A DNA stretch of 17,150 bases from a virus (IMGVR_UViG_3300032086_002076:74351-91500); one strand, 5' to 3'. Positions 1 to 8,361 are shown, counted from the first letter of the stretch. Made by a program: numbers and translations. The notes: a model not told the origin generated them from the sequence alone.

Positions 1-253
1 AACCAGCTCTTAAAGCTAAGTCATCAAGTTGAGCACCTTCAGCTTTTAATATATCGTTACCGTCATAGATACCTTGTCCTAGTTCCCATAAATCAGATAA
101 CTCATCAGCGAGTATTGCATTAAGAACACCCGCTACAGAACCTTCGGAAGTATCTATATCTTGTTGTAAATTGTTTCTTAGTTTTGTATTAAGTTCATCT
201 CTTATTTCAGTGAACCTTTTAATTTCAAAACCGTCTGCGCTTAAACCAGCCAT
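1..253 (-). CDS. Baseplate J-like wedge protein, N-terminal part (runs off the window edge)
   Basis: Not in the ORF track. ATG at 253-251 overlaps the upstream stop (TAATG). Manual translation: MAGLSADGFEIKRFTEIRDELNTKLRNNLQQDIDTSEGSVAGVLNAILADELSDLWELGQGIYDGNDILKAEGAQLDDLALRAG, open to the edge. The 'A.G..LD.L' pattern and position after a gp25-like gene are typical of baseplate J/gp47-like proteins. Confidence 0.85.
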   Translation of the reverse strand, partial: MAGLSADGFEIKRFTEIRDELNTKLRNNLQQDIDTSEGSVAGVLNAILADELSDLWELGQGIYDGNDILKAEGAQLDDLALRAG

Positions 254-615
254 TATACCTCCAATTCTAAATCTACTACCTGACCACCTGTTGTAGTAAC
301 AACAAATTTAACAGAAATTCTTCTATTAGAAGGGTCTAGTACTGATTCATATTCTCTGAGAGTTAATACATCTTCTATATTTCTTATATATTCTTGTAAA
401 AACTCATCTAGTATTAATTTTGTATTCTTAACAGAACTAAATCTGTTATAAGGTACACCAACACCTGTGTCTAAGAACCATTCACCATATCTTGTTAATA
501 AAGCTATTTTAATTCTTTGAGCTACTGCTGCTGTGTTTTGTTCAAAGGTTTCTAACCTCTGTGTTGAAAGGTCTAAATCGTGTGTTGTAGAATCTAGTTT
601 ATAATCTGTTGGCAT
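253..615 (-). CDS. Baseplate wedge / sheath initiator (gp25-like, DUF2634-like), 120 aa
   Basis: 'VAQRIKIALLTRYGEWFLDTGVGVPY' matches the 'L....GEWFLD...G.PY' motif of DUF2634-type wedge proteins; lies directly before baseplate J. Confidence 0.85.
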   Translation of the reverse strand: MPTDYKLDSTTHDLDLSTQRLETFEQNTAAVAQRIKIALLTRYGEWFLDTGVGVPYNRFSSVKNTKLILDEFLQEYIRNIEDVLTLREYESVLDPSNRRISVKFVVTTTGGQVVDLELEV

Positions 616-947
616 TATTCTAATTCCTCATCAGTAATGTAAACTAAAACTAATTGTTTGCTTAAACCTAAATTATCTCTAGTGACTTCTAAAGTACTTG
701 GTGCATCATCAAAGTTAGCTACTACATATAAGTTAGCTCCTTCTAGGAGATGATTGTTCCTTTTAACAAGACCTACTCTAGGTACTAGTTTCATAGAGAG
801 ACTAACTATTTCATTAGTCCCTGTTCTTAAATCTAAATACCAAGCTTTTGTTTTATCATTCCATCTCTGGACAACATTGTAAGACTTACCACCTAAAGTT
901 ACACTATAAGAAGAATAGGGGTTTGTACTCGTTGCTATAAATAACAT
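615..947 (-). CDS. Small baseplate protein (plug-like, Pam3 gp18-like), 110 aa
   Basis: 'YSSYSVTLGGKSYNVVQRWNDKTKAWYLDL' resembles the 'Q.F...L.G..Y....RWN.....W..D' pattern of myophage baseplate plug-like proteins; size and context fit. Confidence 0.65.
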   Translation of the reverse strand: MLFIATSTNPYSSYSVTLGGKSYNVVQRWNDKTKAWYLDLRTGTNEIVSLSMKLVPRVGLVKRNNHLLEGANLYVVANFDDAPSTLEVTRDNLGLSKQLVLVYITDEELE

Positions 948-955
948 AATACCTC

Positions 956-1759
956 CTACGGTAAAGGTGCTGAAGATGGGTTACCAGAAGAAGCAGAAGT
1001 ATGTAAGTGAGTTTTACCACTAATATTATCACTAATGCAATCTACATCTGAAGTTATAATACCTGTAGCATCAAGCGTACCATTAACTTGTATATTACCA
1101 TTCACAGTAAGTGTAGGTGTCGTTAATGTTGTATTACCTGTGACATCAGCATCTAGTGTTCCTGATATAGTAGCGTCTACGTTTCCAGTAGCTGTTAAAT
1201 CTACATCTACAGCCTCTGCTACTAAATTAGCTGTTGTGATAACATGTACATCTTTATCTGACTCTATCGTTAGACCGTCTGTACCGTCTCTGTTAAAACT
1301 AACTATAGTTTCTTCATCTTGTAAAGCAGCTTTATCTTTGTAAGTTTCATTTCTTCTAGGTTTACTTCTAGGCGTTAGACCTGATATAACATAAACATCT
1401 GAAGGGTCATGTCTTCTTTTAGAAGGTGCTTCTGTGGCTTTCTTACCATCTGTATTATGGAATAGTGACAAGTCTCTCATAGAGAAAACACACATCACAT
1501 TATCACCTTTCTTAAGGTTCCAAGACATAGAGAAGTTGTCACCATAAGGGAAGATAACTGGTACGTTTCTCATTATTGCAGAGGGTATTACTAAATCATC
1601 TCTAACCCTTTCTGATACACTTATAATTATTTCACATACTTGCTTTTCAGAATCATAACTGTTTACCGTAGCAGGTAACATAGTGTATGTTTGTCTAAGT
1701 GCTAATTCTAAGTGAGAACGTATAACATCAGCTAAATCATACTTTTTAATATCTGACAT
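956..1759 (-). CDS. Baseplate central spike (Gp138 N-terminal-type OB domain, beta-helix, HxH apex), 267 aa
   Basis: N-terminal 'TMLPATVNSYD...NVPVIFP...LKKGDNVMCVFSMRDL...RRHDPSD' pattern; Val/Thr/Gly/Asn beta-strand repeats; C-terminal 'KTHLHT' metal-binding apex motif. SD GGAGG upstream. Confidence 0.9.
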   Translation of the reverse strand: MSDIKKYDLADVIRSHLELALRQTYTMLPATVNSYDSEKQVCEIIISVSERVRDDLVIPSAIMRNVPVIFPYGDNFSMSWNLKKGDNVMCVFSMRDLSLFHNTDGKKATEAPSKRRHDPSDVYVISGLTPRSKPRRNETYKDKAALQDEETIVSFNRDGTDGLTIESDKDVHVITTANLVAEAVDVDLTATGNVDATISGTLDADVTGNTTLTTPTLTVNGNIQVNGTLDATGIITSDVDCISDNISGKTHLHTSASSGNPSSAPLP

Positions 1760-2383
1760 CTAACCTCCTGTTGGAATCTTTGAGACAGTATTTATGATAC
1801 CACTCTTATTTACACCACCACCATTCTTACTTGTTGATTGGTTACCTTCTGATTTAAGAGAGTCAGTTTTATCTTCTTTGTCTCTTCTAACAGTCTTACT
1901 TTTGAAGTTACTACCTATTAGTAGTTTTTCTAATTTAAGAGAAACTTTTAAACCATTACCTACGCTTTTATCTTTAATAAGTCTAACGTGTGTAATGAAA
2001 CAGTTACTGAAAGAACCTATAGAAGGTAGTATCGCTGTAACTAGTTCTTTATTCTCTTTAATTTCTTTTAGTTGTTTAACATACTCAGTAGCATCAATCT
2101 TCCTGTTACCACCAGATGTTAGGTATAATGGAGAATCAGATATAACACCTGTCATCTCAATTACATCATTGTTTATTGTTACATGGTCAGCTCTAGAACT
2201 ATTATCAGCTACAGGGTGTTTAGCAATACTTCCTGAAGAAGTAAGACTGAAACTTGTAGTAGCATCCATTTGAACCCTAATAACATTAGAAGGTTCTGCT
2301 TCTGTGCTTTCTATAATATTCTCTTCTGACTGTCTGAAGATGTAAGCTCTTCTAGTTTTAAAATACTCTGCTGGATTAGCCAT
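1760..2383 (-). CDS. Dit-like baseplate protein / tail tube initiator, 207 aa
   Basis: 'MDATTSFSLTSSGSIAKHPVADNSSRADHVTINNDVIEMTGVISD' matches the 'D........IT.HPVE.G....DH......I...G.ISD' signature of Dit-like myophage proteins. Confidence 0.8.
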   Translation of the reverse strand: MANPAEYFKTRRAYIFRQSEENIIESTEAEPSNVIRVQMDATTSFSLTSSGSIAKHPVADNSSRADHVTINNDVIEMTGVISDSPLYLTSGGNRKIDATEYVKQLKEIKENKELVTAILPSIGSFSNCFITHVRLIKDKSVGNGLKVSLKLEKLLIGSNFKSKTVRRDKEDKTDSLKSEGNQSTSKNGGGVNKSGIINTVSKIPTGG

Positions 2384-3399
2384 TAACTTTTAGCCTCATC
2401 TTCGTCATCAACTTCACTTATAGAAACATGTGTGTAACTCTGTACACCTCTGTAACTATAATCGTGTCTATAACCTACTACGTTATATTCACCTTCTAAT
2501 TTTTCATATTCTTCACCAGCATCTTCATCAAGAACAACCATACTGTCTAGTGTTATTTCTGGATTAAATAGTGTCTGAAACTTAAGTATCTTTTTCTTAC
2601 TTTTTGGGCTTACAGTACTAGGTACTTTATCTTGTTCTCTCTCAATCTTACCAATAATATTTTCATTAGTGACTGTGAATACTTTCTTAGGGTTTTTAGT
2701 TATAGCGTAATCTTCTAAGTACACATGTACTATTGAACCTAGAATCGTCCAACCTAACCCATAAGCTTTACAAAATTTATCCATAACTTCAGAACTCTGT
2801 CCTGTAGCTGTGAACTCTTCTAACTCTTCTTCACCTTTCTTACCTAAGTTTATTTTGATATCGAAAGGGATGGTATCAGTCACGTTAGAGTTATCTACTC
2901 TCTCTATGTAACTTTCTATGAAGGAATTAGCGATTGATTCAGCTATGAAGTTAAGAGTTTTACCTGTGAAGTGTTGAGAGATTTTACCCTCCTTTCTGAG
3001 TTTATTCCCAGAAGAGATAGCAAATGTTGATAACTTCTCGTTACCTTCTCTCTTTGTAGTCATACCTATAACATCTCCGTAGACTACTGGTGTTAATTCT
3101 TTTGTTTTAGAATTACCTACATACTCGTAACCAGCACTTATAATCACTCTGGTTTCTGAAGCTGTCTGTAATTGTTCTATTTGTTCATTGTTTAAATTAT
3201 ATATACAAAGTTTAGTAGAGTTACCTTTTGAAGCTTTTGCTGTATAATTAATATCGAAAGTAATGTTTAAGTCATTCTCTCCTTTATAACTGCTTTCTAA
3301 AGTTAATACTTTACCTTCTGTATCATTCTCTTCGTTTGTTAAGAAGAACTCTATCTTATAAGCTCTACCGAAGAGGTAATTATCAATAGAAATGGTCAT
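2383..3399 (-). CDS. Baseplate hub protein, 338 aa
   Basis: 'LNITFDINYTAKASKGNSTKLCIYNLN...VIISAGY...YGDV' and C-terminal 'FQTLFNPEITLDSMVVL...GEYNVVGYRHDYSYRG' match hub (gp27/gpD-like fold) proteins of this phage class. SD GGAGG at 3404-3408. Confidence 0.8.
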   Translation of the reverse strand: MTISIDNYLFGRAYKIEFFLTNEENDTEGKVLTLESSYKGENDLNITFDINYTAKASKGNSTKLCIYNLNNEQIEQLQTASETRVIISAGYEYVGNSKTKELTPVVYGDVIGMTTKREGNEKLSTFAISSGNKLRKEGKISQHFTGKTLNFIAESIANSFIESYIERVDNSNVTDTIPFDIKINLGKKGEEELEEFTATGQSSEVMDKFCKAYGLGWTILGSIVHVYLEDYAITKNPKKVFTVTNENIIGKIEREQDKVPSTVSPKSKKKILKFQTLFNPEITLDSMVVLDEDAGEEYEKLEGEYNVVGYRHDYSYRGVQSYTHVSISEVDDEDEAKS

Positions 3400-3413
3400 A
3401 TTACCTCCTAATT

Positions 3414-3438
3414 AAAAAACCCTCATAAAGAGGGCTTA
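3414..3438 (-). terminator. Intrinsic terminator directly after the tape measure gene
   Basis: Minus strand reads TAA GCCCTC TTTAT GAGGGT TTTTT: GC stem overlapping the stop codon, followed by a U tract. Confidence 0.75.
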
Positions 3439-5730
3439 GTTTTCACCTGAAGCTTTACTCATCATTAGTTCTATATTATTATCACTTTTAATATTACCCA
3501 TAATACTATCTCCGATATGTTTAGCTACTTCTGGTGTAACATTATCACCTGTAACATGAACTTTAACATCTTCAAATTTATGTAGTAATACTCCAGCGTT
3601 TTTAGCTAGACCATAATCAATGAAAGGATTTGCTACAACTGCTGCTGTTTGCATATCTACTAGGTTGTTGTAAGCTAACTTAGAAGGTATAACAATATTA
3701 TCCTCAATAGCCTTAGTTACACCATCTGCTAATAACATCAGAGGTTGTGTTATCATATTATTTCTAAGATAACCACCATTGTCCACTTCTGCTACTAATT
3801 TAGGTTTACTTATCTTATCGTAAGCAGCACCAAGTCTTAGTCTTTCTTCAGCTTCTTTTTGGTCTAAACCTAGAGCATCAGCCATACCTTCCGGTAATGC
3901 TAGAATCAGGTTATTAATAAGTTTATTTACTAAACCACCAAGAGCATCTGAGAATGCCATTCCCCACTTCTTACTTATAATAGCTTCCCAAATCTGGTCA
4001 CCAATAAGTTTACCTAAACCGAAAGAAGCAAGTAATGCTATAAGAGCTTTACCGCCAGCAGCTAATAATCCTGTAGGTACTAGATTGAATAAGAATCTAC
4101 CAGAACCTGCTAATAGTCTCATTAATAAACCTACAAAAGGTAGTTTAGAGAACAGTTTAAGAGCTATACCCCAAGCCAATATGTCAGTAAGTAAATCCTT
4201 ACCATCCATACCAAAAACTTTAGCTACATAATCTACTACACTAGATAACATGCTTATAAGTTCTTTGAAGATAGGTAAAGCTTTCTTCAATATTTTATAT
4301 AAGTCGCCTGTTAGTTCTTTTATAGTTAGAATTATTGATTTTAAGTTATCATAAAACTTTTTAGTTGCATCAAATATTCTTTTCTCTTCAGCAGCTATTT
4401 TTTGGTCTGTTGTTAAACCTTTGTAATATTTATCGTTAGCAGCATCAGCTTCCTTAGTAAGCTTCTCAATATCTTGAGCTAATAGTTTAGAGAAGTTACC
4501 AGCGTAAGCACCACCTTTGTCAAATAACATCTTGTTAGATTTAATAAAACCTTCTGTTGCTACACCTAAGTCTATTAAACCTTTTGTCCAATCTTCAAAG
4601 AACATAGCATTCTTTATTTCTAAAGCTGCTTTAATTACATTCTCTAAACCTTGAACAGAAGACCTTGAGTAAGCCGCCATATCACCTTGAGCCATGATAT
4701 CTGCATTCTTTAACAACTCTCTACCAAATTTAGGTAACAGTTCATGAGCTATCGCTTCACCGTTCCTCATCATGATATCAAATTCTTGAGTAGTCTTACC
4801 CGCTGCTTTAGCCATTAACTCGTAAGCCGCTGGCATCTTTTCAGCTAACTGTCTTCTTAATTCTTCTGACTGTATTTTACCCTTCTGCATCATCTGGGTA
4901 ACAGCCATGTTAACAAACTTCATTTCTTCTGTAGAAAGTTTATGGATAGCACCCATTTGCTGGACACCTCTAAAAACATCTTCTACATCTTGTAACTGCA
5001 TCTTACCGTCAGCCATAGGTGTTGTAGCCGAAGCTAAGAACCTACTGTAAGCTGTTGTTGTTTGAGCTAAACTGACACCCATTTCTTTAGACATGTCTTC
5101 TATGAATTTAGATTGACTTGCAAAAACTTCATTAGAATCACCATACTTACCGTCTGTCTTAGTTTCTACTAGTCGAGATACAGCTTGTAAACTGGTGTTA
5201 GCTTTTTGGATGTGTTTACCACTATTATAGGATGCTGCAATTGTTTGTTGAGCTTTTTGGATTAGCATGTACATACCAAACATACCTGTAAGGTGTGCCA
5301 TAGTACCATGCATTAAATTGTTTGTTCTTTGGAGGCTTCTGTTCCATCCATTGTTACTTGTTTGTAGGTTCCTAAATCTTCTATTAATATTATTAGCTCT
5401 TGCTGTTATAGAAGCTAGGTTACTGTTCATAACACTTTGAGCACGAGAAGCCGCTCTTAATTTGTTTAGTATACCTTGGTGAAGTGTATTGTTTCTAGAT
5501 AGCTGTTTACCTTCAGCTTTAGTATTCTTTAATTTCTCTCTAGAAACCCTTTCTTCAGCTTTGGCTACTTTAACAGATTGGATAGCTCTCCTACGATTAC
5601 TATCCTCTGCTTTTTTATTCTTACTGTTAATCCTGTCTAACCGTTTCTCTAGGTTATTTAAACCTTTTTCTACGGCTTTACCGTCAAAACCAAGCTCTAA
5701 CAAGAAATCTGTTATCGAGACTCTAGCCAT
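3436..5730 (-). CDS. Tail tape measure protein, 764 aa
   Basis: Helical, Ala/Lys-rich. 'LSTEEMKFVNMAVTQMMQKGKIQSEELRRQLAEKMP' is the conserved tape-measure domain motif (Q...KGK.Q.EEL..QL.E..P). Hydrophobic segments in the C-terminal half; follows the tail chaperone. SD GAGG before the ATG. At the usual ~0.15 nm per residue this suggests a tail near 110-120 nm (inference). Confidence 0.95.
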   Translation of the reverse strand: MARVSITDFLLELGFDGKAVEKGLNNLEKRLDRINSKNKKAEDSNRRRAIQSVKVAKAEERVSREKLKNTKAEGKQLSRNNTLHQGILNKLRAASRAQSVMNSNLASITARANNINRRFRNLQTSNNGWNRSLQRTNNLMHGTMAHLTGMFGMYMLIQKAQQTIAASYNSGKHIQKANTSLQAVSRLVETKTDGKYGDSNEVFASQSKFIEDMSKEMGVSLAQTTTAYSRFLASATTPMADGKMQLQDVEDVFRGVQQMGAIHKLSTEEMKFVNMAVTQMMQKGKIQSEELRRQLAEKMPAAYELMAKAAGKTTQEFDIMMRNGEAIAHELLPKFGRELLKNADIMAQGDMAAYSRSSVQGLENVIKAALEIKNAMFFEDWTKGLIDLGVATEGFIKSNKMLFDKGGAYAGNFSKLLAQDIEKLTKEADAANDKYYKGLTTDQKIAAEEKRIFDATKKFYDNLKSIILTIKELTGDLYKILKKALPIFKELISMLSSVVDYVAKVFGMDGKDLLTDILAWGIALKLFSKLPFVGLLMRLLAGSGRFLFNLVPTGLLAAGGKALIALLASFGLGKLIGDQIWEAIISKKWGMAFSDALGGLVNKLINNLILALPEGMADALGLDQKEAEERLRLGAAYDKISKPKLVAEVDNGGYLRNNMITQPLMLLADGVTKAIEDNIVIPSKLAYNNLVDMQTAAVVANPFIDYGLAKNAGVLLHKFEDVKVHVTGDNVTPEVAKHIGDSIMGNIKSDNNIELMMSKASGEN

Positions 5731-5742
5731 ACTTTACCTCTC

Positions 5743-6021
5743 TTAATCTTTTTTTGTTTTTTCTCTTTCGTCCAGTATTGACGCTTCTTCAAAAGATTCT
5801 ATGATATCTATGTTTTCTTTGAGTTTGAGAAAAGAAGGGAGACTCATATCATGAAGTTCAATCAATGAGTTCTTGTTGTGTTTGCTTCGATAAACGGTCA
5901 GAATGACCCATTCGTCCTCGGTTAAACTACTCTTTTTCTTAGCGGTTTCTAGGACTTTTTCGTAGTGTCGGCCAGTGGTAGGGGCATTTTTCCACTCAGG
6001 CTTTTGAAAACGCTGCTGGTA
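5743..6021 (-). CDS. Frameshifted C-terminal extension of the tail assembly chaperone (lambda gpGT-like), 92 aa in the -1 frame
   Basis: Manual translation of the -1 frame from the T7 run: YQQRFQKPEWKNAPTTGRHYEKVLETAKKKSSLTEDEWVILTVYRSKHNKNSLIELHDMSLPSFLKLKENIDIIESFEEASILDEREKTKKD*. It fills the gap exactly up to the tape measure SD and has no start codon of its own near its 5' end. Confidence 0.8.
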   Translation of the reverse strand, partial: YQQRFQKPEWKNAPTTGRHYEKVLETAKKKSSLTEDEWVILTVYRSKHNKNSLIELHDMSLPSFLKLKENIDIIESFEEASILDEREKTKKD

Positions 6022-6407
6022 AAAAAACTTTGGAAGTTCTCTTGTAAAGAAAACGCAACTATTTCTAATAGTAGTCCGTAATTAGCCATGAAGTACTCAT
6101 CTAAGTTAACTTCTATACCATCTATTGTGATTCCGTCTAAAAGCTCTTTGACAAGAGATTCTACGTCGATACTGTCGATACTTTCAACTAAAGTCTCAGC
6201 TACCTTGCTAAAATCAACACTAGGGTCTTCATCTTCCTCTTCCTCTGTAGGAGCCATAAAACTACCTAGGACAGGTAGAAGTACTTTTCCCAGTTGTCTA
6301 GCTAAGAACAGCCCTCTGAAGGCTCTTAGTAAGTATAATGTAACATCAATATCCTCACCCGCCTCATCTTTAAAGGTCTTCTGAGCTATCATCTTCTTAT
6401 TTATCAT
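5949..6407 (-). CDS. Tail assembly chaperone (lambda gpG analogue), 152 aa
   Basis: Located between tail tube and tape measure genes; acidic helical protein ending '...LLEIVAFSLQENFQSFF', like myophage tail chaperones. SD GGAGG at 6419-6423. Confidence 0.85.
   Translation of the reverse strand: MINKKMIAQKTFKDEAGEDIDVTLYLLRAFRGLFLARQLGKVLLPVLGSFMAPTEEEEDEDPSVDFSKVAETLVESIDSIDVESLVKELLDGITIDGIEVNLDEYFMANYGLLLEIVAFSLQENFQSFFTSSVFKSLSGKMPLPLADTTKKS
6021..6027 (-). other. Candidate -1 ribosomal slippery site U-UUU-UUU
   Basis: Minus strand CAA AGT TTT TTT ACC: seven consecutive U in X-XXY-YYZ phase with the chaperone frame. Confidence 0.75.
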
Positions 6408-6456
6408 TAAATTATATTCCTCCGTATTAATTAATTTAAATTTTGATTAATTTAAT

Positions 6457-6484
6457 ATAATAACACATATTTGTAAAAAGTCAA
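6457..6484 (-). promoter_or_regulatory. Sigma70-like promoter upstream of the tail chaperone
   Basis: Minus strand TTGACT (6484-6479), 16-nt spacer ending in TGT (extended -10 TGn), TATTAT (6462-6457). Both hexamers match consensus at 5/6. It sits in the largest intergenic gap, just downstream of a terminator. Confidence 0.65.
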
Positions 6485-6495
6485 TACTTAGATAC

Positions 6496-6525
6496 AAAAA
6501 AGGAGGAACTAAAAAGCTCCCCCTT
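6496..6525 (-). terminator. Intrinsic terminator after the tail tube gene
   Basis: Minus strand AAGGGGGAGC TTTTTA GTTCCTCCTT TTTT: 10-bp stem with two G-U pairs, then a U tract, 10 nt after the tube stop codon. Confidence 0.85.
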
Positions 6526-6535
6526 GGTAAGTACC

Positions 6536-6988
6536 TTAAATAGGTAAGTTTGACTCGAAAGCTGGTGGAGTACTAGAGTATTCAAGCTCCTCACAACCAA
6601 ACATCCAAGTTTTTGAGTTTTGACCTTTAGAAAGCTCTACTTCAGGGTATTCTGTCAAGAAAGCATTCTTAGCGAGTGCTAAAACAGAACCACTAGGGTC
6701 TTGAATCATCAAGATACCAACTGTAGGTGTTCTTGTCTTTTCTTGTGTTTGTAAAGCAGCACTTAGTAAAAGGTTAGATTTAGAAGTCTGCATAAGCTCG
6801 ATATCTATATCACCCGTTTTGTCTGCACTAAAAGTAAGAGACAAGTCCCCTTGCGCCCCTACTGTCTTCTCAACTACTTTCTCACTTCTCTTCAATCTAA
6901 TGAATGAGTCTGGAGCAAAACCAGTAATAGGAATACCATCGAAAGATACTTTTACATCTTTAGGGCTATATGATTGTAATAATGACAT
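6536..6988 (-). CDS. Tail tube protein (DUF3277-like), 150 aa
   Basis: 'YSPKDVKVSFDGIPITGFAPDSFI...VGAQGD...GDIDIELMQTSKSN' is the characteristic DUF3277-type tube motif; directly follows the sheath gene. Confidence 0.92.
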   Translation of the reverse strand: MSLLQSYSPKDVKVSFDGIPITGFAPDSFIRLKRSEKVVEKTVGAQGDLSLTFSADKTGDIDIELMQTSKSNLLLSAALQTQEKTRTPTVGILMIQDPSGSVLALAKNAFLTEYPEVELSKGQNSKTWMFGCEELEYSSTPPAFESNLPI

Positions 6989-7005
6989 TAATTATTTCTC
7001 CTTAA

Positions 7006-8361
7006 TTAAACGGTTACGCTACCGACTACAACAACTTCATGGATAGCTCCAGCAAGTATACCTTCAAATGAAACACCTGTTAGTATTCTAGCTAATCTGT
7101 CCAACTGAGAAGTATCTTTCAATAGTGGTACAGAAACTGTATAACTATCTAAAAACTCTCTATTCACACCTCTTTGTAGAGAACTAGAAATTACTTCTCT
7201 GATTTGTGCGATACCTTGGTCATTGTATGATACTTTACCACCCTTCTGATTAACTAAAAGCGCTCTCAAACTAGTAGACATATCTGCTGTCTGCCAGCTA
7301 ACACCTCTGATAACATCAATCCATTCACCACCAGCAGTAATACCAGTTCTTGTGTATGAAATACCTGCATCAAGTTCTACATAGTTAGCATTCTTATCAT
7401 TAAGATTACCTTTCTGTGTAGATGTAAGTGGTCTACCATTAGTAGGACTCTGTGAGAAACCTACACCGTTTAGTTGTAAGTTAGCCCATGTTACAGAACC
7501 TGCATCGTAAGGGGCGTTAGCACCAATGTAAGCCAATTCTACAAAATCATCAGCATCGTGGTGGAAAAGTGTTACAACATTCTTGTAATTACCATCTCTC
7601 AACTGAGCAAACAAATCTGTGTTACCAGCTTGATAAGATGTTAAGTTAGCTACGTCATTAGAACTTACAAAGTAAATTGTATCTCTAGCACTTGCAGCTT
7701 GAGCCATAGCAAGTACGTAACTGTTAGAGTGGTCTTCTGCTGTAATGAAGTACCAATCGTTATTCTCTTCTTCAATGGCTGATAGAGTTTCTTCTGCACT
7801 CTCGTTAGCTACATATACTGAAGAACCATTAGATGTGAAATCAGCAACTTCAAAGTATGTATCTGCTGCTTGACCTGATATTTCTAGAACAGCACTAGCA
7901 CCAGTACCTACAACAACCGCTGTAACTTCACTTGCTAGGTTAGGGTCTGCTTCAATAGAAGCTTTCCATGAATCTGCAACATCTTGAGCATCTTCTGCAC
8001 TAAAACTAGTAACATTATAAGAAAGAGTTGTTGAGTAACCTGTCTCATCTAATGTAATAGAGAACTGGTAAGATTCTCCGTCAGCAGTTGGAGCTGCTGG
8101 TGTGATAGAAGCTTTAACATCTGCTCTACCTACCATGAATTGTGAAACTGTTGGACTTTGTGCAAATAATTTTTGAGCTGCTTTTACAGCATTAGAATCT
8201 GAAGCAAAATCTGTTTGCAATTCTGCAACACTTGAGTAACTTCTAACACGTTCTTGGAATTGTCTGTGAGCTGAAATAAACAGCGGAGTACCAAACCCTT
8301 CTTGTGTTAGGGGTGTAGCATTTATAGAAATGTCTACTTTTATAATAGGACTATAAGTCAT
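7006..8361 (-). CDS. Tail sheath protein (DUF3383-like), 451 aa
   Basis: N-terminal 'IIKVDISINATPLTQEGFGTPLF...RVRSYSS' and C-terminal 'GEWIDVIRGVSWQTADM...KVSYNDQGIAQI...GAIHEVVVVG' are DUF3383-type sheath signatures. Confidence 0.93.
   Translation of the reverse strand: MTYSPIIKVDISINATPLTQEGFGTPLFISAHRQFQERVRSYSSVAELQTDFASDSNAVKAAQKLFAQSPTVSQFMVGRADVKASITPAAPTADGESYQFSITLDETGYSTTLSYNVTSFSAEDAQDVADSWKASIEADPNLASEVTAVVVGTGASAVLEISGQAADTYFEVADFTSNGSSVYVANESAEETLSAIEEENNDWYFITAEDHSNSYVLAMAQAASARDTIYFVSSNDVANLTSYQAGNTDLFAQLRDGNYKNVVTLFHHDADDFVELAYIGANAPYDAGSVTWANLQLNGVGFSQSPTNGRPLTSTQKGNLNDKNANYVELDAGISYTRTGITAGGEWIDVIRGVSWQTADMSTSLRALLVNQKGGKVSYNDQGIAQIREVISSSLQRGVNREFLDSYTVSVPLLKDTSQLDRLARILTGVSFEGILAGAIHEVVVVGSVTV

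Noticed and set aside
4141-4494. 12-bp repeat TAGTTTAGAGAA at 4141 and 4483 within the tape measure gene
   Set aside because: Only two copies encoding similar FSKL peptides; no array or periodicity, so not a CRISPR or regulatory repeat.
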